From positions 1 through 38,520 of the IMG/VR virus record IMGVR_UViG_3300022923_000035: DNA of 38,520 bases. The stretch is one strand, 5' to 3'. This stretch comes from a virus (taxonomy: Duplodnaviria; Caudoviricetes). Under the pieces are notes generated by a model that was given only the letters and a program-made list of their open reading frames with translations, searched no databases and was not told where the DNA came from. The stretch's first letter is position 1; each line of letters opens with the position of its first letter. The position numbers were made by a program, and so were the translations under genes. Below are positions 25,558 through 34,754 of this stretch, one piece after another.

Positions 25558-27019
25558 TGTCGCATTAAACTTACATGATCACAATACGTATGATGGTATA
25601 TTTCATAATCAAAGAGAAAGATATACCAGATTCAAACACAATGTGCCGTTACATTTAGACGCATATCCACACCATAGTGATGAGCAAAAAATGAACATTG
25701 ATGATTACAGATTAAGTATAGATTTTTATAATGAATATTTTAAAAAAAATAAAGATTATATACTGGCCTTTTCTTTTACACAAGGTGGATTAAAAAGTAT
25801 CAACAGTCCTTTTGATAAAGAACTATTAAATTTTAAACCTAAAAAGTTATGGGACCACTATAATAAAAATAATATTTACTACATAGATCACCATCAAGCA
25901 CACTCTACATATGCCTATCTAAACTCAAATTTTAAAGAATCTGATATTTTTGCAATAGATGGTATGGGATATAACTTTAAAAGTATTTTTATAGACAAGT
26001 ATGAGAACATAATAGATATGTCAAAACATTTACCTTTAGGAAGATTGTGGAACGATATGTCGAAATTAACAGGTTTTGGATCACTTGGCGCAAGTAAACT
26101 AATGGGACTTGTTGGATATGGTAGTTATAATGATTATTACTATAATATTTTTGATTTACTATTACAAAATGAAAAAAAAAGTAAACTAATTAATTTAGAA
26201 AAATTTGGTAAAGAAGATTTAGCATTTACACTACAAAAATTTACAATAGATAAGATAAAAGAACATGTGTATCCGTTAAAGAGTTGTAATAATCTTTGTA
26301 TTGCAGGTGGTGTTGCTTATAATGGATATATGAACGAAGAATTTACAAAGCATTATGAAAATGTATTTGTACCACCTGCTGTAGGTGATGAAGGTCAGGC
26401 AATAGGCATATATCAACACGCTGATTACGTACTAAACAACAATATACATAAATCAGAAACATTTGCAGGTAAAGATTATGAATACAATGAAGGTAAAGAA
26501 GTGAATTATAAAGAAGTTGCACAGGCCATTGCTGACGGTAAAATAGTAGGTTGGTTTCAAGGAAAATCAGAAAGTGGTAATCGTGCATTAGGAAATAGAT
26601 CAATACTTGCGGATCCACGCAATCCAAATATTAAAGATATTATTAATAGTACAATTAAAATGAGAGAAGACTTTAGACCATTTGCACCTACAGTATTAGA
26701 AGAACATTACAAAGAATATTTTGATACAAGATTACCTAGTCCGTATATGAGTAGAATATGTAAAGTTAAAACTGATAAAGTGCCTGGAATTACACACGTT
26801 GATGGTACTGCTAGAATACAAACAGTTAATAAAAAATTTAATGAAAAATTTTATAATATCATAAATGAGTTTTATAAAATAACAGGTATACCTATGTTAT
26901 TAAATACTAGTTTTAATTGTCAGGAACCTATAGTAGAGAATCCTAAACAGGCAATAAATACATTTAACAGAACAGCTTTAGATTTGTTAGTTATAAACGA
27001 TAGGATGATAAGAAAATGA
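25544..27019 (+). CDS. O-carbamoyltransferase (NodU/CmcH/TobZ family)
   Basis: HHQAH, IDGMG, AGGVAYN, VGDEG, GNRALGNRSILADP, REDFRPFAP, HVDGTARIQTV, LLNTSFN. Confidence 0.95.
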   Translation: MKIYSVALNLHDHNTYDGIFHNQRERYTRFKHNVPLHLDAYPHHSDEQKMNIDDYRLSIDFYNEYFKKNKDYILAFSFTQGGLKSINSPFDKELLNFKPKKLWDHYNKNNIYYIDHHQAHSTYAYLNSNFKESDIFAIDGMGYNFKSIFIDKYENIIDMSKHLPLGRLWNDMSKLTGFGSLGASKLMGLVGYGSYNDYYYNIFDLLLQNEKKSKLINLEKFGKEDLAFTLQKFTIDKIKEHVYPLKSCNNLCIAGGVAYNGYMNEEFTKHYENVFVPPAVGDEGQAIGIYQHADYVLNNNIHKSETFAGKDYEYNEGKEVNYKEVAQAIADGKIVGWFQGKSESGNRALGNRSILADPRNPNIKDIINSTIKMREDFRPFAPTVLEEHYKEYFDTRLPSPYMSRICKVKTDKVPGITHVDGTARIQTVNKKFNEKFYNIINEFYKITGIPMLLNTSFNCQEPIVENPKQAINTFNRTALDLLVINDRMIRK

Positions 27020-27765
27020 AAATAGTATGTATAAAGTATGGTGATAAATTTTCTTTTGAACACGTAAATCGTTTGTACAGAATGGTAAAAAAAAACTTTA
27101 AAGAAAAATTTGATTTCTATTGTCACACAGAAAATTCTGAAAAAATTTACGAAGATATTAAAATAGTACCGTTACCAAAAGAATGGGAAGATTACAAGAC
27201 CGAGGACTATCCATATTGGGTTAAACTTCATTCATTTTTTGAAAAGCCTACAAAAGAAACAACAATATATTTTGATTTGGATATTATTATACAAAATGAT
27301 ATAACTCACTTACCAAAATACTGTGTTGACAATAAAATATGTTTTGTCAAAGCTTATTGGAAACCGCATTTTCATTTAAAAACTCCACAAGCACCAAACT
27401 ATGATATGGATTTGAATGCTTCGGTTATGATATGGAAAGGCGATTGTACCTGGGCTTGGAAAAAATTTAAAGATAATTTAGATCATTATGCTTTAATGTA
27501 CAATGGAACGGATCCGTATTTGTATATTCATCATTTTGATAAACTTAATTGGTTACCTAGAGGAGAAGTATATTCACGTTTATATGGAATAGATGAAAAT
27601 AACTATTATAATCCTTATGATTCTATCAGTAAGGTAAAATACTTTTATAACGAAGATTATAATATTTGTATTTTTAATGGATGGAAAAGAAAAAAATATA
27701 AAGACGGTACTTACAAACTAGATGATAATGGATATATAGGATTGGAAAAATACTTTAATGATTGA
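27016..27765 (+). CDS. GT-A glycosyltransferase-like protein
   Basis: CIKYGDKF, WVKL, YFDLD (DxD), NASVMIW. Confidence 0.75.
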   Translation: MKIVCIKYGDKFSFEHVNRLYRMVKKNFKEKFDFYCHTENSEKIYEDIKIVPLPKEWEDYKTEDYPYWVKLHSFFEKPTKETTIYFDLDIIIQNDITHLPKYCVDNKICFVKAYWKPHFHLKTPQAPNYDMDLNASVMIWKGDCTWAWKKFKDNLDHYALMYNGTDPYLYIHHFDKLNWLPRGEVYSRLYGIDENNYYNPYDSISKVKYFYNEDYNICIFNGWKRKKYKDGTYKLDDNGYIGLEKYFND

Positions 27766-28405
27766 TTTAGAAAATAATACAATAGATTTAGATTTTTTTA
27801 AAAAAATAATAAAACAAGCATATAATAATGAATTTAATAATTCAAAACATTTACTTGATTCCTTAAACTATACGCAGTTTGAAAGTAAACTAAAACTACT
27901 AGAATATATTAATCTATTAGATATAGTAAATAAAAACTGTAATGTAAGTGTCCTAGGCTGTTGGTTCAACTCTATTATAGCAGGAGTATTAGCTAATAAA
28001 GTAAAAAATATAACAGGATATGATATGGACAAATCTGCAATACAAATTGGTAAAAATATTTTTAGAAATCATAATAACGTAGATTTTTTCCACTTAGATA
28101 TTTTTGAAACAATAAAAGATCGTATAGAAAAAACTGATCTTTTAATTAATACTTCTTGTGAACATATGAAACCTATGAAAGAATGGCCATTTTGGAACAA
28201 AATTAAACAGAATACTTATATAGCATTTCAATCACATAGTAACAAAAATATTAAAGATCATATTAATTGTGTAAACTCTTTAGATGAATTTGAAAACCAA
28301 CTTCCAAAAGATATAAAAATTTTACTAAAAAAAGAATTAATTGAAACAAATAGAGAAGGTATACGATTTACAATTATAGGAAAATATGAAAAGAATAATA
28401 TATAG
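27758..28405 (+). CDS. Class I SAM-dependent methyltransferase-like protein
   Basis: VLGCWF, GYDMD, LINTSCEHM. Confidence 0.65.
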   Translation: MIDLENNTIDLDFFKKIIKQAYNNEFNNSKHLLDSLNYTQFESKLKLLEYINLLDIVNKNCNVSVLGCWFNSIIAGVLANKVKNITGYDMDKSAIQIGKNIFRNHNNVDFFHLDIFETIKDRIEKTDLLINTSCEHMKPMKEWPFWNKIKQNTYIAFQSHSNKNIKDHINCVNSLDEFENQLPKDIKILLKKELIETNREGIRFTIIGKYEKNNI

Positions 28406-29249
28406 TTTTTACATTGACATTCCTAAAGATGAATTAGATATATTTGACAAAAATATACTTAAAGAAAATCATACACCAATAAATTATGTAACTAAAAATG
28501 CATTTAAACAAAACTACACTAAACTAATAGCCTGCAAACAATGGTATGCTGATCAAATAAATGTGCCTTTCAAAATGTTTGAATATGATACTAATTTTAT
28601 ATTATACAAAGATAACTTACAATCAAAATATCCATTTCTTACAACCTATAATATAGTTAATTTTTATAAACTACATTTACTATATGAATTATCAAAAGAA
28701 TATGATGAAATACTTTATTTAGATTTTGATGTTGTGCCTATGAAATCAGACAACTTTTTTGAAACTTGGGATTTATCAAAAGGTATAACCATTCATCACA
28801 ATACACATAAAGTAATTAAGATGGAAGCGATAACTGAATATTCACAAACTATTCGTAGTCCAACATCAAAATACTACAATGCTCAAGCAATGTTGTTAGA
28901 TAGAAATTTAAATCCAAATCATAAAGTTGTAAACACAGGTATTGTTGGTGCAAGTAAAAAATATCTACAACAATTAAAATACTTTGACAACTTTGATTCA
29001 AATATAAAAGAAATGAGTAAACTAACAACAGGCCATGATATGTTTTCAAAAAAAATAACAAACTTTTTTGGTTGGGATAATGAAACACTTTTTGCAGTTA
29101 AACTTGCAGAAAACAAAGTAGATGTACAGTGGTTAGACAATAAGTGGCATTACTTTTTTGGTACTGAATATTTTATACCAAAAGATGTAATTATGTGCCA
29201 CACAATAAACAAAAAATTTGACATTGTTTGGAGAGCATACAATGCTTAA
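28386..29249 (+). CDS. Nucleotide-diphospho-sugar transferase-like protein
   Basis: FYKL, ILYLDFDVV (DxD), NTGIV, DNETLF. Confidence 0.65.
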   Translation: MKRIIYSFYIDIPKDELDIFDKNILKENHTPINYVTKNAFKQNYTKLIACKQWYADQINVPFKMFEYDTNFILYKDNLQSKYPFLTTYNIVNFYKLHLLYELSKEYDEILYLDFDVVPMKSDNFFETWDLSKGITIHHNTHKVIKMEAITEYSQTIRSPTSKYYNAQAMLLDRNLNPNHKVVNTGIVGASKKYLQQLKYFDNFDSNIKEMSKLTTGHDMFSKKITNFFGWDNETLFAVKLAENKVDVQWLDNKWHYFFGTEYFIPKDVIMCHTINKKFDIVWRAYNA

Positions 29250-29979
29250 AATTTGTACAGTTTATTTTAAAGGTTTCTATACACCCGATTACGTTTCAAA
29301 ACTTTACAGATCATTAAAAAGAAATAGTACAATACCTTTTCAATTTATATGTTTAAGTGATACGGATGTTGAAGCTGATATTGTTTTACCTTATAACCAT
29401 AATAGTAATATAGTAAAACACTGGCATAAATTAAAGTTTTTTAGTCCTCAATTTGCTTATCAACAGCCTAATGATGACATCATTATAATGGACATAGATC
29501 AGGTAATAGTAAATAACATAGATGAATTATTAAACTTTCCTGTACAGGACAATGAATTAATAAGTTACGGGCAATGGTGGGATAACAAATTAAAATTAAA
29601 TGGTGGATTTTACAAATTTAAATCAGGTAGTTTAAAAAGTATATGGGATGACTTCTCACTTAATCCAGAATATTGGCAGCTGCATTATTACAATAATGGT
29701 GATGTACATGCAAAATATTATGGAGAACAAAATTACGTTAATTGGAAAATACAAGAACATAAAATCAAACTAACTACAACACCTAAACAATGGTTAGGTA
29801 AATATACAAATGATTTCAAAAAAAATTTACAATTGAATAAAATATATAGTCAAAAATTTGATACAGACTATATGATATTAGATGAAGTAAATGAAAATCT
29901 GAAAGTAATACATTTTACTGGTGTGGGAAAAACAGTAAATGAGTGTAAATCAATTTTTATAAAGGACTATTGGAAATAA
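29242..29979 (+). CDS. GT-A glycosyltransferase-like protein
   Basis: Start MLKICTV; WHKLKFF, MDIDQ, NGGFYKF, GEQNYV, IHFTG. Confidence 0.75.
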   Translation: MLKICTVYFKGFYTPDYVSKLYRSLKRNSTIPFQFICLSDTDVEADIVLPYNHNSNIVKHWHKLKFFSPQFAYQQPNDDIIIMDIDQVIVNNIDELLNFPVQDNELISYGQWWDNKLKLNGGFYKFKSGSLKSIWDDFSLNPEYWQLHYYNNGDVHAKYYGEQNYVNWKIQEHKIKLTTTPKQWLGKYTNDFKKNLQLNKIYSQKFDTDYMILDEVNENLKVIHFTGVGKTVNECKSIFIKDYWK

Positions 29980-30626
29980 TGAACAATGCTTATAAGGGTG
30001 TAAATATAGACATTGGAGCTAGATGTACTTTAGAGTGTTCACAATGTAGTAGAACAAAATTAAGAAGAAGAGGATTGCCAATTCCTGGAAAAGATATAAC
30101 AATAGAGCAATTTAAAAAAATAGCAAATTTTTTTAAATACATAAATTTTTGTGGTCAAGTATCAGATCCTACTATGAATAATGACTTCATAGAATTTTTA
30201 AAAATATGTAATAATAAAAAAATTACAACTTCGGTACACGTAGCGGCATCCCATAGAAAAGAAAAATGGTGGAATGAAGCATTTGAAGCAAATAAAAATG
30301 CACAATGGACTTTTGGTATTGATGGATTACCTGAAGAAAGTCATAAGTATAGAGTTAACCAAGATGGAGTTAAATTATTTAAAATGATGTTATTAGCTAA
30401 AAGCAAAGGTATAAAGTGTGTCTGGCAATACATTGTTTTTAACTATAACGAGAATCATATACTACAAGCAAAAGAAATAAGCGAAAGTCACAAAATAAAA
30501 TTTGACTTATTATTAACATCCAGATTCACTAAAGATGATCCGTTAAAACCAACATCAAAAAAATATTATATACCAAAACCACAAAATGATTTATCAATAA
30601 GAGAATATTTAAAAAATGAAAAATAA
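29970..30626 (+). CDS. Radical SAM protein (core domain only)
   Basis: CTLECSQC (CxxxCxxC), FCGQVSDP, FGIDG, WQYIVFNYNE. Confidence 0.85.
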   Translation: MEIMNNAYKGVNIDIGARCTLECSQCSRTKLRRRGLPIPGKDITIEQFKKIANFFKYINFCGQVSDPTMNNDFIEFLKICNNKKITTSVHVAASHRKEKWWNEAFEANKNAQWTFGIDGLPEESHKYRVNQDGVKLFKMMLLAKSKGIKCVWQYIVFNYNENHILQAKEISESHKIKFDLLLTSRFTKDDPLKPTSKKYYIPKPQNDLSIREYLKNEK

Positions 30627-31545
30627 AAAATTTGTACCAAAATGTATTCACAAAAATAGACAAATGGCATTTACATCCACAGGATTTTTAGTACCGTGTT
30701 GTTGGATTGATAGTCCAGTTGGTAGAAACGATCCAGTTTTAAGTAAGTTTTATGAATCAAAATGGCATATTGACAATAATGATTCTATTGAAGATATATT
30801 AAATGGTGATTTATATAAGGAGTGGTGGTATATGTTAAAAAACAATCCTAATAATGCACCAAATTATTGTAAATATTATTGTACAACCAAACCAGAAAGT
30901 GGTTCTACTAAAAAAATTATAAAAATACCAGAAACTTTTAAAAAACAATCTAATTTAAAAACAAGAATTATATGTGCTATGTGGGGCAAAAAATATAATA
31001 GCAATCATGTAAATAATTTGAAACACATGATTGATAATTATTCAGGTATAACCTATGATAAATTTGAAATTATAGATAAAAATCTATTTAACAATATGTA
31101 TAATAAGCTTCAAATGTTTGATTTATTTAGAGATCATCATAATATATATTTTGATTTAGATGTTGTCATATATAAAAAAGTACCTAATCTTATAAGAAAG
31201 AATTTTACACTATTAGACGACACATGGTGGAGAGAGTCTGCTCATACACCTTTAAATTCATCTATTATATCATGGACTGGAGATGTTTCACATATATGGA
31301 AAAAATTTATATTAAATAAAGATTTTTATTTAAAAAAATACCCTATAAGTATAGATGAATTTTTTTACAAAGAGATTGAGTACAAAACTTTTGATAATTT
31401 TTGTTATTCCATTAAGGAACATCAATATGATAAAAAACCATTAGATAAATTTAGTGTATGCACTTTTGGTCAAATGCAGCATTTATTAGAAGACGGTTGG
31501 ACAGGTTGGTGGACAAACTATTTAAATAAATTTAAAGCTGATTGA
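30616..31545 (+). CDS. SPASM/twitch-like Fe-S domain fused to a GT-A glycosyltransferase-like domain
   Basis: N-terminal PKC...GFLVPCCW...CKYYC; C-terminal CAMWGKKY, YNKL, YFDLD, NSSIISW. Confidence 0.7.
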   Translation: MKNKKFVPKCIHKNRQMAFTSTGFLVPCCWIDSPVGRNDPVLSKFYESKWHIDNNDSIEDILNGDLYKEWWYMLKNNPNNAPNYCKYYCTTKPESGSTKKIIKIPETFKKQSNLKTRIICAMWGKKYNSNHVNNLKHMIDNYSGITYDKFEIIDKNLFNNMYNKLQMFDLFRDHHNIYFDLDVVIYKKVPNLIRKNFTLLDDTWWRESAHTPLNSSIISWTGDVSHIWKKFILNKDFYLKKYPISIDEFFYKEIEYKTFDNFCYSIKEHQYDKKPLDKFSVCTFGQMQHLLEDGWTGWWTNYLNKFKAD

Positions 31546-32006
31546 ATCGCTTCTAATTTATTTTTTGATTTTCTTAATTTACTTTTTTCTTCATTATTTT
31601 TAGAGTTAATTACTGTATCTGTTTCAAATAATGCTAACTTTAATGCAAAAAGGTGATCTGTATTATCCAAATCCTCAAACATTGTTTTTATTAACATAGA
31701 AAAAGTACTACTATCAACCTTACTGTTATCTATTAAAAGACCACTTTTCTTTGCTATCTCTATAACACTATTTTCAAACAATTCTTTTTCTGTTTTATTT
31801 TTTTGATATGTTGACTCATGTAATTGATCAATATTCATATACTTTGTAAGTGCTTGATATTGAGGATTATTTTCTTCGTATGGTATAATAGTTGTAAATA
31901 CTGATTTTTTATCTTCAGTTGTTGTTTGCACTTCTATATTTTTTCTTTCGTTATCTATAAAATATGCAGTTAAAAAATTATCTTTTAAAAATTCTTCAGT
32001 TAACAT
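31518..32006 (-). CDS. Hypothetical protein
   Basis: 162-aa ORF with GGAG SD, overlapping the end of the epimerase gene; no motif recognised. Confidence 0.6.
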   Translation of the reverse strand: MLTEEFLKDNFLTAYFIDNERKNIEVQTTTEDKKSVFTTIIPYEENNPQYQALTKYMNIDQLHESTYQKNKTEKELFENSVIEIAKKSGLLIDNSKVDSSTFSMLIKTMFEDLDNTDHLFALKLALFETDTVINSKNNEEKSKLRKSKNKLEAIQSALNLFK

Positions 32007-32724
32007 TTTTGTTCTCCTTTATATATTCAAATAAATTTATCGTTGGTTGCCATCCTATATTATATAGTAAAGTATTATCAGCCTTATTGTCTAATCGCTC
32101 AAACATATTTCCCACAACACGTTGACAATTAATTTTAAAATAATCCACTATATCTAAAAGTTTATTTGTTACACCTGTACCAATATCAGTTACTCCAGCT
32201 AAATTAGAGTGTGCCAAACTATCTATCGCTCTCACTAAATCATTAACGTGTATAAAATCTCTACTATGATTTGTATTAATAAAAGGAACATCATTTCTTA
32301 ATATTCTTGGTATTAACATACTTTCTCTAGCATTAGGACCATATACAGTTGTAAATCTCATACCTAAACTGTTTGCATGTGCTACTTGTTCTAAACCATA
32401 TTTACTCATTGCATATGGATTTCTCCATGGCTCATGTGCAGTTGATGAACTAGCATATAAGATTCTAGTATCTTTAAAATAATCAAAAAGTCTTTGACCT
32501 GCAATTACATTTTGCTCCCAATATTCTGTAGGTCTTTCTAAACTATCTCTCACACCCGACAGACCAGCAAGATGTATAACTAAATCTACATTATACTTTA
32601 AATCACAGGTTAATAAATCATTACCTGTTTGCTTGTCTATACAAATTACTTTATGATTGTTTTTAAGAAAATTATATAAGTGTTGGCCTATAAAGCCTTC
32701 ACTGCCCGTCAATAATATATTCAT
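31996..32724 (-). CDS. NAD-dependent nucleotide-sugar epimerase/dehydratase
   Basis: LTGSEGFIG, HLAG, YASSS, YAMSK, RFTTVYG, RDFIHV. Confidence 0.9.
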   Translation of the reverse strand: MNILLTGSEGFIGQHLYNFLKNNHKVICIDKQTGNDLLTCDLKYNVDLVIHLAGLSGVRDSLERPTEYWEQNVIAGQRLFDYFKDTRILYASSSTAHEPWRNPYAMSKYGLEQVAHANSLGMRFTTVYGPNARESMLIPRILRNDVPFINTNHSRDFIHVNDLVRAIDSLAHSNLAGVTDIGTGVTNKLLDIVDYFKINCQRVVGNMFERLDNKADNTLLYNIGWQPTINLFEYIKENKNVN

Positions 32725-32725
32725 A

Positions 32726-33667
32726 CTAAGATTTATTTATACGTAAATAATAAGTATTCGCTGTTACTGCTGTTCCATCTGGAAATTCTTGTGCTCTATA
32801 GTCGTCTGTGTTTACATACAATTGTTGATAGTTACCAGAACCATTTAAAATAGTATCACCCATTCCAGAACCTCTTGTATTACCAGAACCAGATGTTCCT
32901 AAATTATAACTAATTGAATAGCCATCAGCAGATGAAGCTGCTGTATATCTAATCCATTCTTGCAATAAGGAATTAAATGTAGCAGATGTAAACTGTTGAA
33001 TATTATTTGATGCATTAACATAATATGGCAACGTAAAACTAGGTGCTGAACCATTTACTCTATGTAAATAATAATTTGTAATTGTTGTTGGTTGATCCAG
33101 TGTTTCTGGAATACCACCAGCAGTATATAAACTTGTATCAGCTCTTGTATCTGTAAATATCGCTGTTGCTGAACCACTTACTTCAGTTGCACCAGCAACA
33201 GATGAAGAACTTGAAATAAAATAAGTACCTGCTTGTTGTGTAGTGGTTGTTGCAGCTGTTAATAAATCTATCGCTGGGTGTAAAAATGTATCTTTTACAT
33301 CTTGTAAATTCATTGCTTGAATTTGACCACTTGCATTATAATATGATGGCCAAGTTTTGCCTGTATCAGTTGTTGGTGATACAGATGCTGTTGATGAATT
33401 TATTTTTGAGTAACTTACTGTTACTGTACTAGGTTCTGCTGTTGTAGCCTCACTTGGGAATGCTGTTGTGCTTGTTGAATAAGAACCAGCTTGTTTTCTA
33501 GTATCTGTAATTGTTCCTAAGTTTCCACCTGAACCAACTACTGATAAAGTTACACTTGGATTTAAAGAATATTGATAAATTACTTGATCTACTATCGAGT
33601 CAACCATTGCAGTTGACATTTCTCTTAAATTTCCACTTACTTCATATAAAGGTTTTCTAACTGCCAT
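32726..33667 (-). CDS. Putative virion structural protein
   Basis: Ser/Thr-rich 313 aa with internal repeats (TDTR; YYxNAS); late promoter and GGAG SD. Confidence 0.6.
   Translation of the reverse strand: MAVRKPLYEVSGNLREMSTAMVDSIVDQVIYQYSLNPSVTLSVVGSGGNLGTITDTRKQAGSYSTSTTAFPSEATTAEPSTVTVSYSKINSSTASVSPTTDTGKTWPSYYNASGQIQAMNLQDVKDTFLHPAIDLLTAATTTTQQAGTYFISSSSSVAGATEVSGSATAIFTDTRADTSLYTAGGIPETLDQPTTITNYYLHRVNGSAPSFTLPYYVNASNNIQQFTSATFNSLLQEWIRYTAASSADGYSISYNLGTSGSGNTRGSGMGDTILNGSGNYQQLYVNTDDYRAQEFPDGTAVTANTYYLRINKS
32734..32741 (-). promoter_or_regulatory. Possible late promoter for the epimerase
   Basis: TATAAATA 9 nt upstream of ATG, inside the end of the previous gene. Confidence 0.5.
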
Positions 33668-33697
33668 AATATCTCCATTATTTAATATTAATAAATC

Positions 33698-33705
33698 TAT
33701 TTATA
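33698..33705 (-). promoter_or_regulatory. T4-type late promoter
   Basis: Exact TATAAATA, intergenic. Confidence 0.7.
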
Positions 33706-33710
33706 ATATT

Positions 33711-34532
33711 TTATGCTCCTGCTCCATATAGTGTTTTTACAACTACACCTGATGAGTTTAAAATCTGTAGTGTAACAACGTTTTTAAGTTGATCTTGCCC
33801 AATTGCATCATTGGCCATATTTGCTTCCCCAACTGTATCTGTACCAATCATTGTTCCTGTAACAACACCAGAACTGCCTGTAGTTACAACTGTACCTGTT
33901 TCATTTGGTAAAGTTATTGTTCTATCTGCTGTAGGATCTATAGCAACTAAATCAGTTTCAAAATTATCGTCTGTAGTACCTTCAAAAACAATACCATTGG
34001 AACTTTGTGTATAGAAATAACCAGAAGTTTGAATATTTGCATTACTTGTAATACTTCCTGAACTGCTATTAATAGTACTTACTGTTAATGTTCCAGTTAC
34101 AGTTAAACTATCATTAACTGTAATTAAAGATGTATCTGATGAACTAATTGTATTACCAGCAACTTGAATAGTTCCTAACGAATGTGTACCAGTTCCTTGT
34201 GCAGTAAATTCTCCTGTAATTGTTACATCACTTGGTAAAGAAAATGTAATTGTATCTGTGGCAGAAACTACAGCATTAATTTGATTAGCTGTACTTGCGA
34301 AAGTAATTGCTTGAGTGTTTGAAATTGATTGTGTATTAGAGCCATCAGTAATATCAAATGATAAACTTCCTGCAATAGATGAATACAATTCATTTACAGC
34401 ACCAATTACTGATGTTGCAGAAATACTTGGATTTAATGCACCAATATCACCAAAATCGTTTTCAGATAGAGCATTAAACTCCGTTCTAAACGTTTCAAGT
34501 GTATCTGTTGCTGCTATTGTTCTTGCGGCCAT
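33711..34532 (-). CDS. Baseplate-associated/short fibre protein
   Basis: TDTLETFRTEFN start, SVIGAVNEL, and IVFEGTTDDNFET...DPTADRTITLPNETGTV motifs of T4-like marine phage fibres. Confidence 0.7.
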   Translation of the reverse strand: MAARTIAATDTLETFRTEFNALSENDFGDIGALNPSISATSVIGAVNELYSSIAGSLSFDITDGSNTQSISNTQAITFASTANQINAVVSATDTITFSLPSDVTITGEFTAQGTGTHSLGTIQVAGNTISSSDTSLITVNDSLTVTGTLTVSTINSSSGSITSNANIQTSGYFYTQSSNGIVFEGTTDDNFETDLVAIDPTADRTITLPNETGTVVTTGSSGVVTGTMIGTDTVGEANMANDAIGQDQLKNVVTLQILNSSGVVVKTLYGAGA

Positions 34533-34753
34533 TATTTTTTAATTACCTCTTTTAATAATTTTTTAATTTCAAATAATTCACTCTTTAAAGTATTTATTTC
34601 TTTTACTGTATCTCTTAATACATCACTTTGTTTTTCTCTTGCTTTACGTCTATTCATATAAAGTTGATATTCAGACTTATTTACATTTACAATTGCGTTA
34701 GAGTTTGTATCTCTTACTAAACTTGCAAAACCTTCAACTTGTAATTTACTCAT
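34532..34753 (-). CDS. Small coiled-coil protein
   Basis: Start MSKLQVEG; LVRDTNSNAIVN...EINTLKSELFEIKKLL, typical of the gene downstream of DUF4815 genes in T4-like marine phages. Confidence 0.7.
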   Translation of the reverse strand: MSKLQVEGFASLVRDTNSNAIVNVNKSEYQLYMNRRKAREKQSDVLRDTVKEINTLKSELFEIKKLLKEVIKK

Positions 34754-34754
34754 A

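Noticed and set aside
22934-32724. Bacterial O-antigen locus or chimeric host contig
   Set aside because: No wzx/wzy/ABC exporter; genes are compact, phage-like and interleaved with T4 late promoters between virion genes
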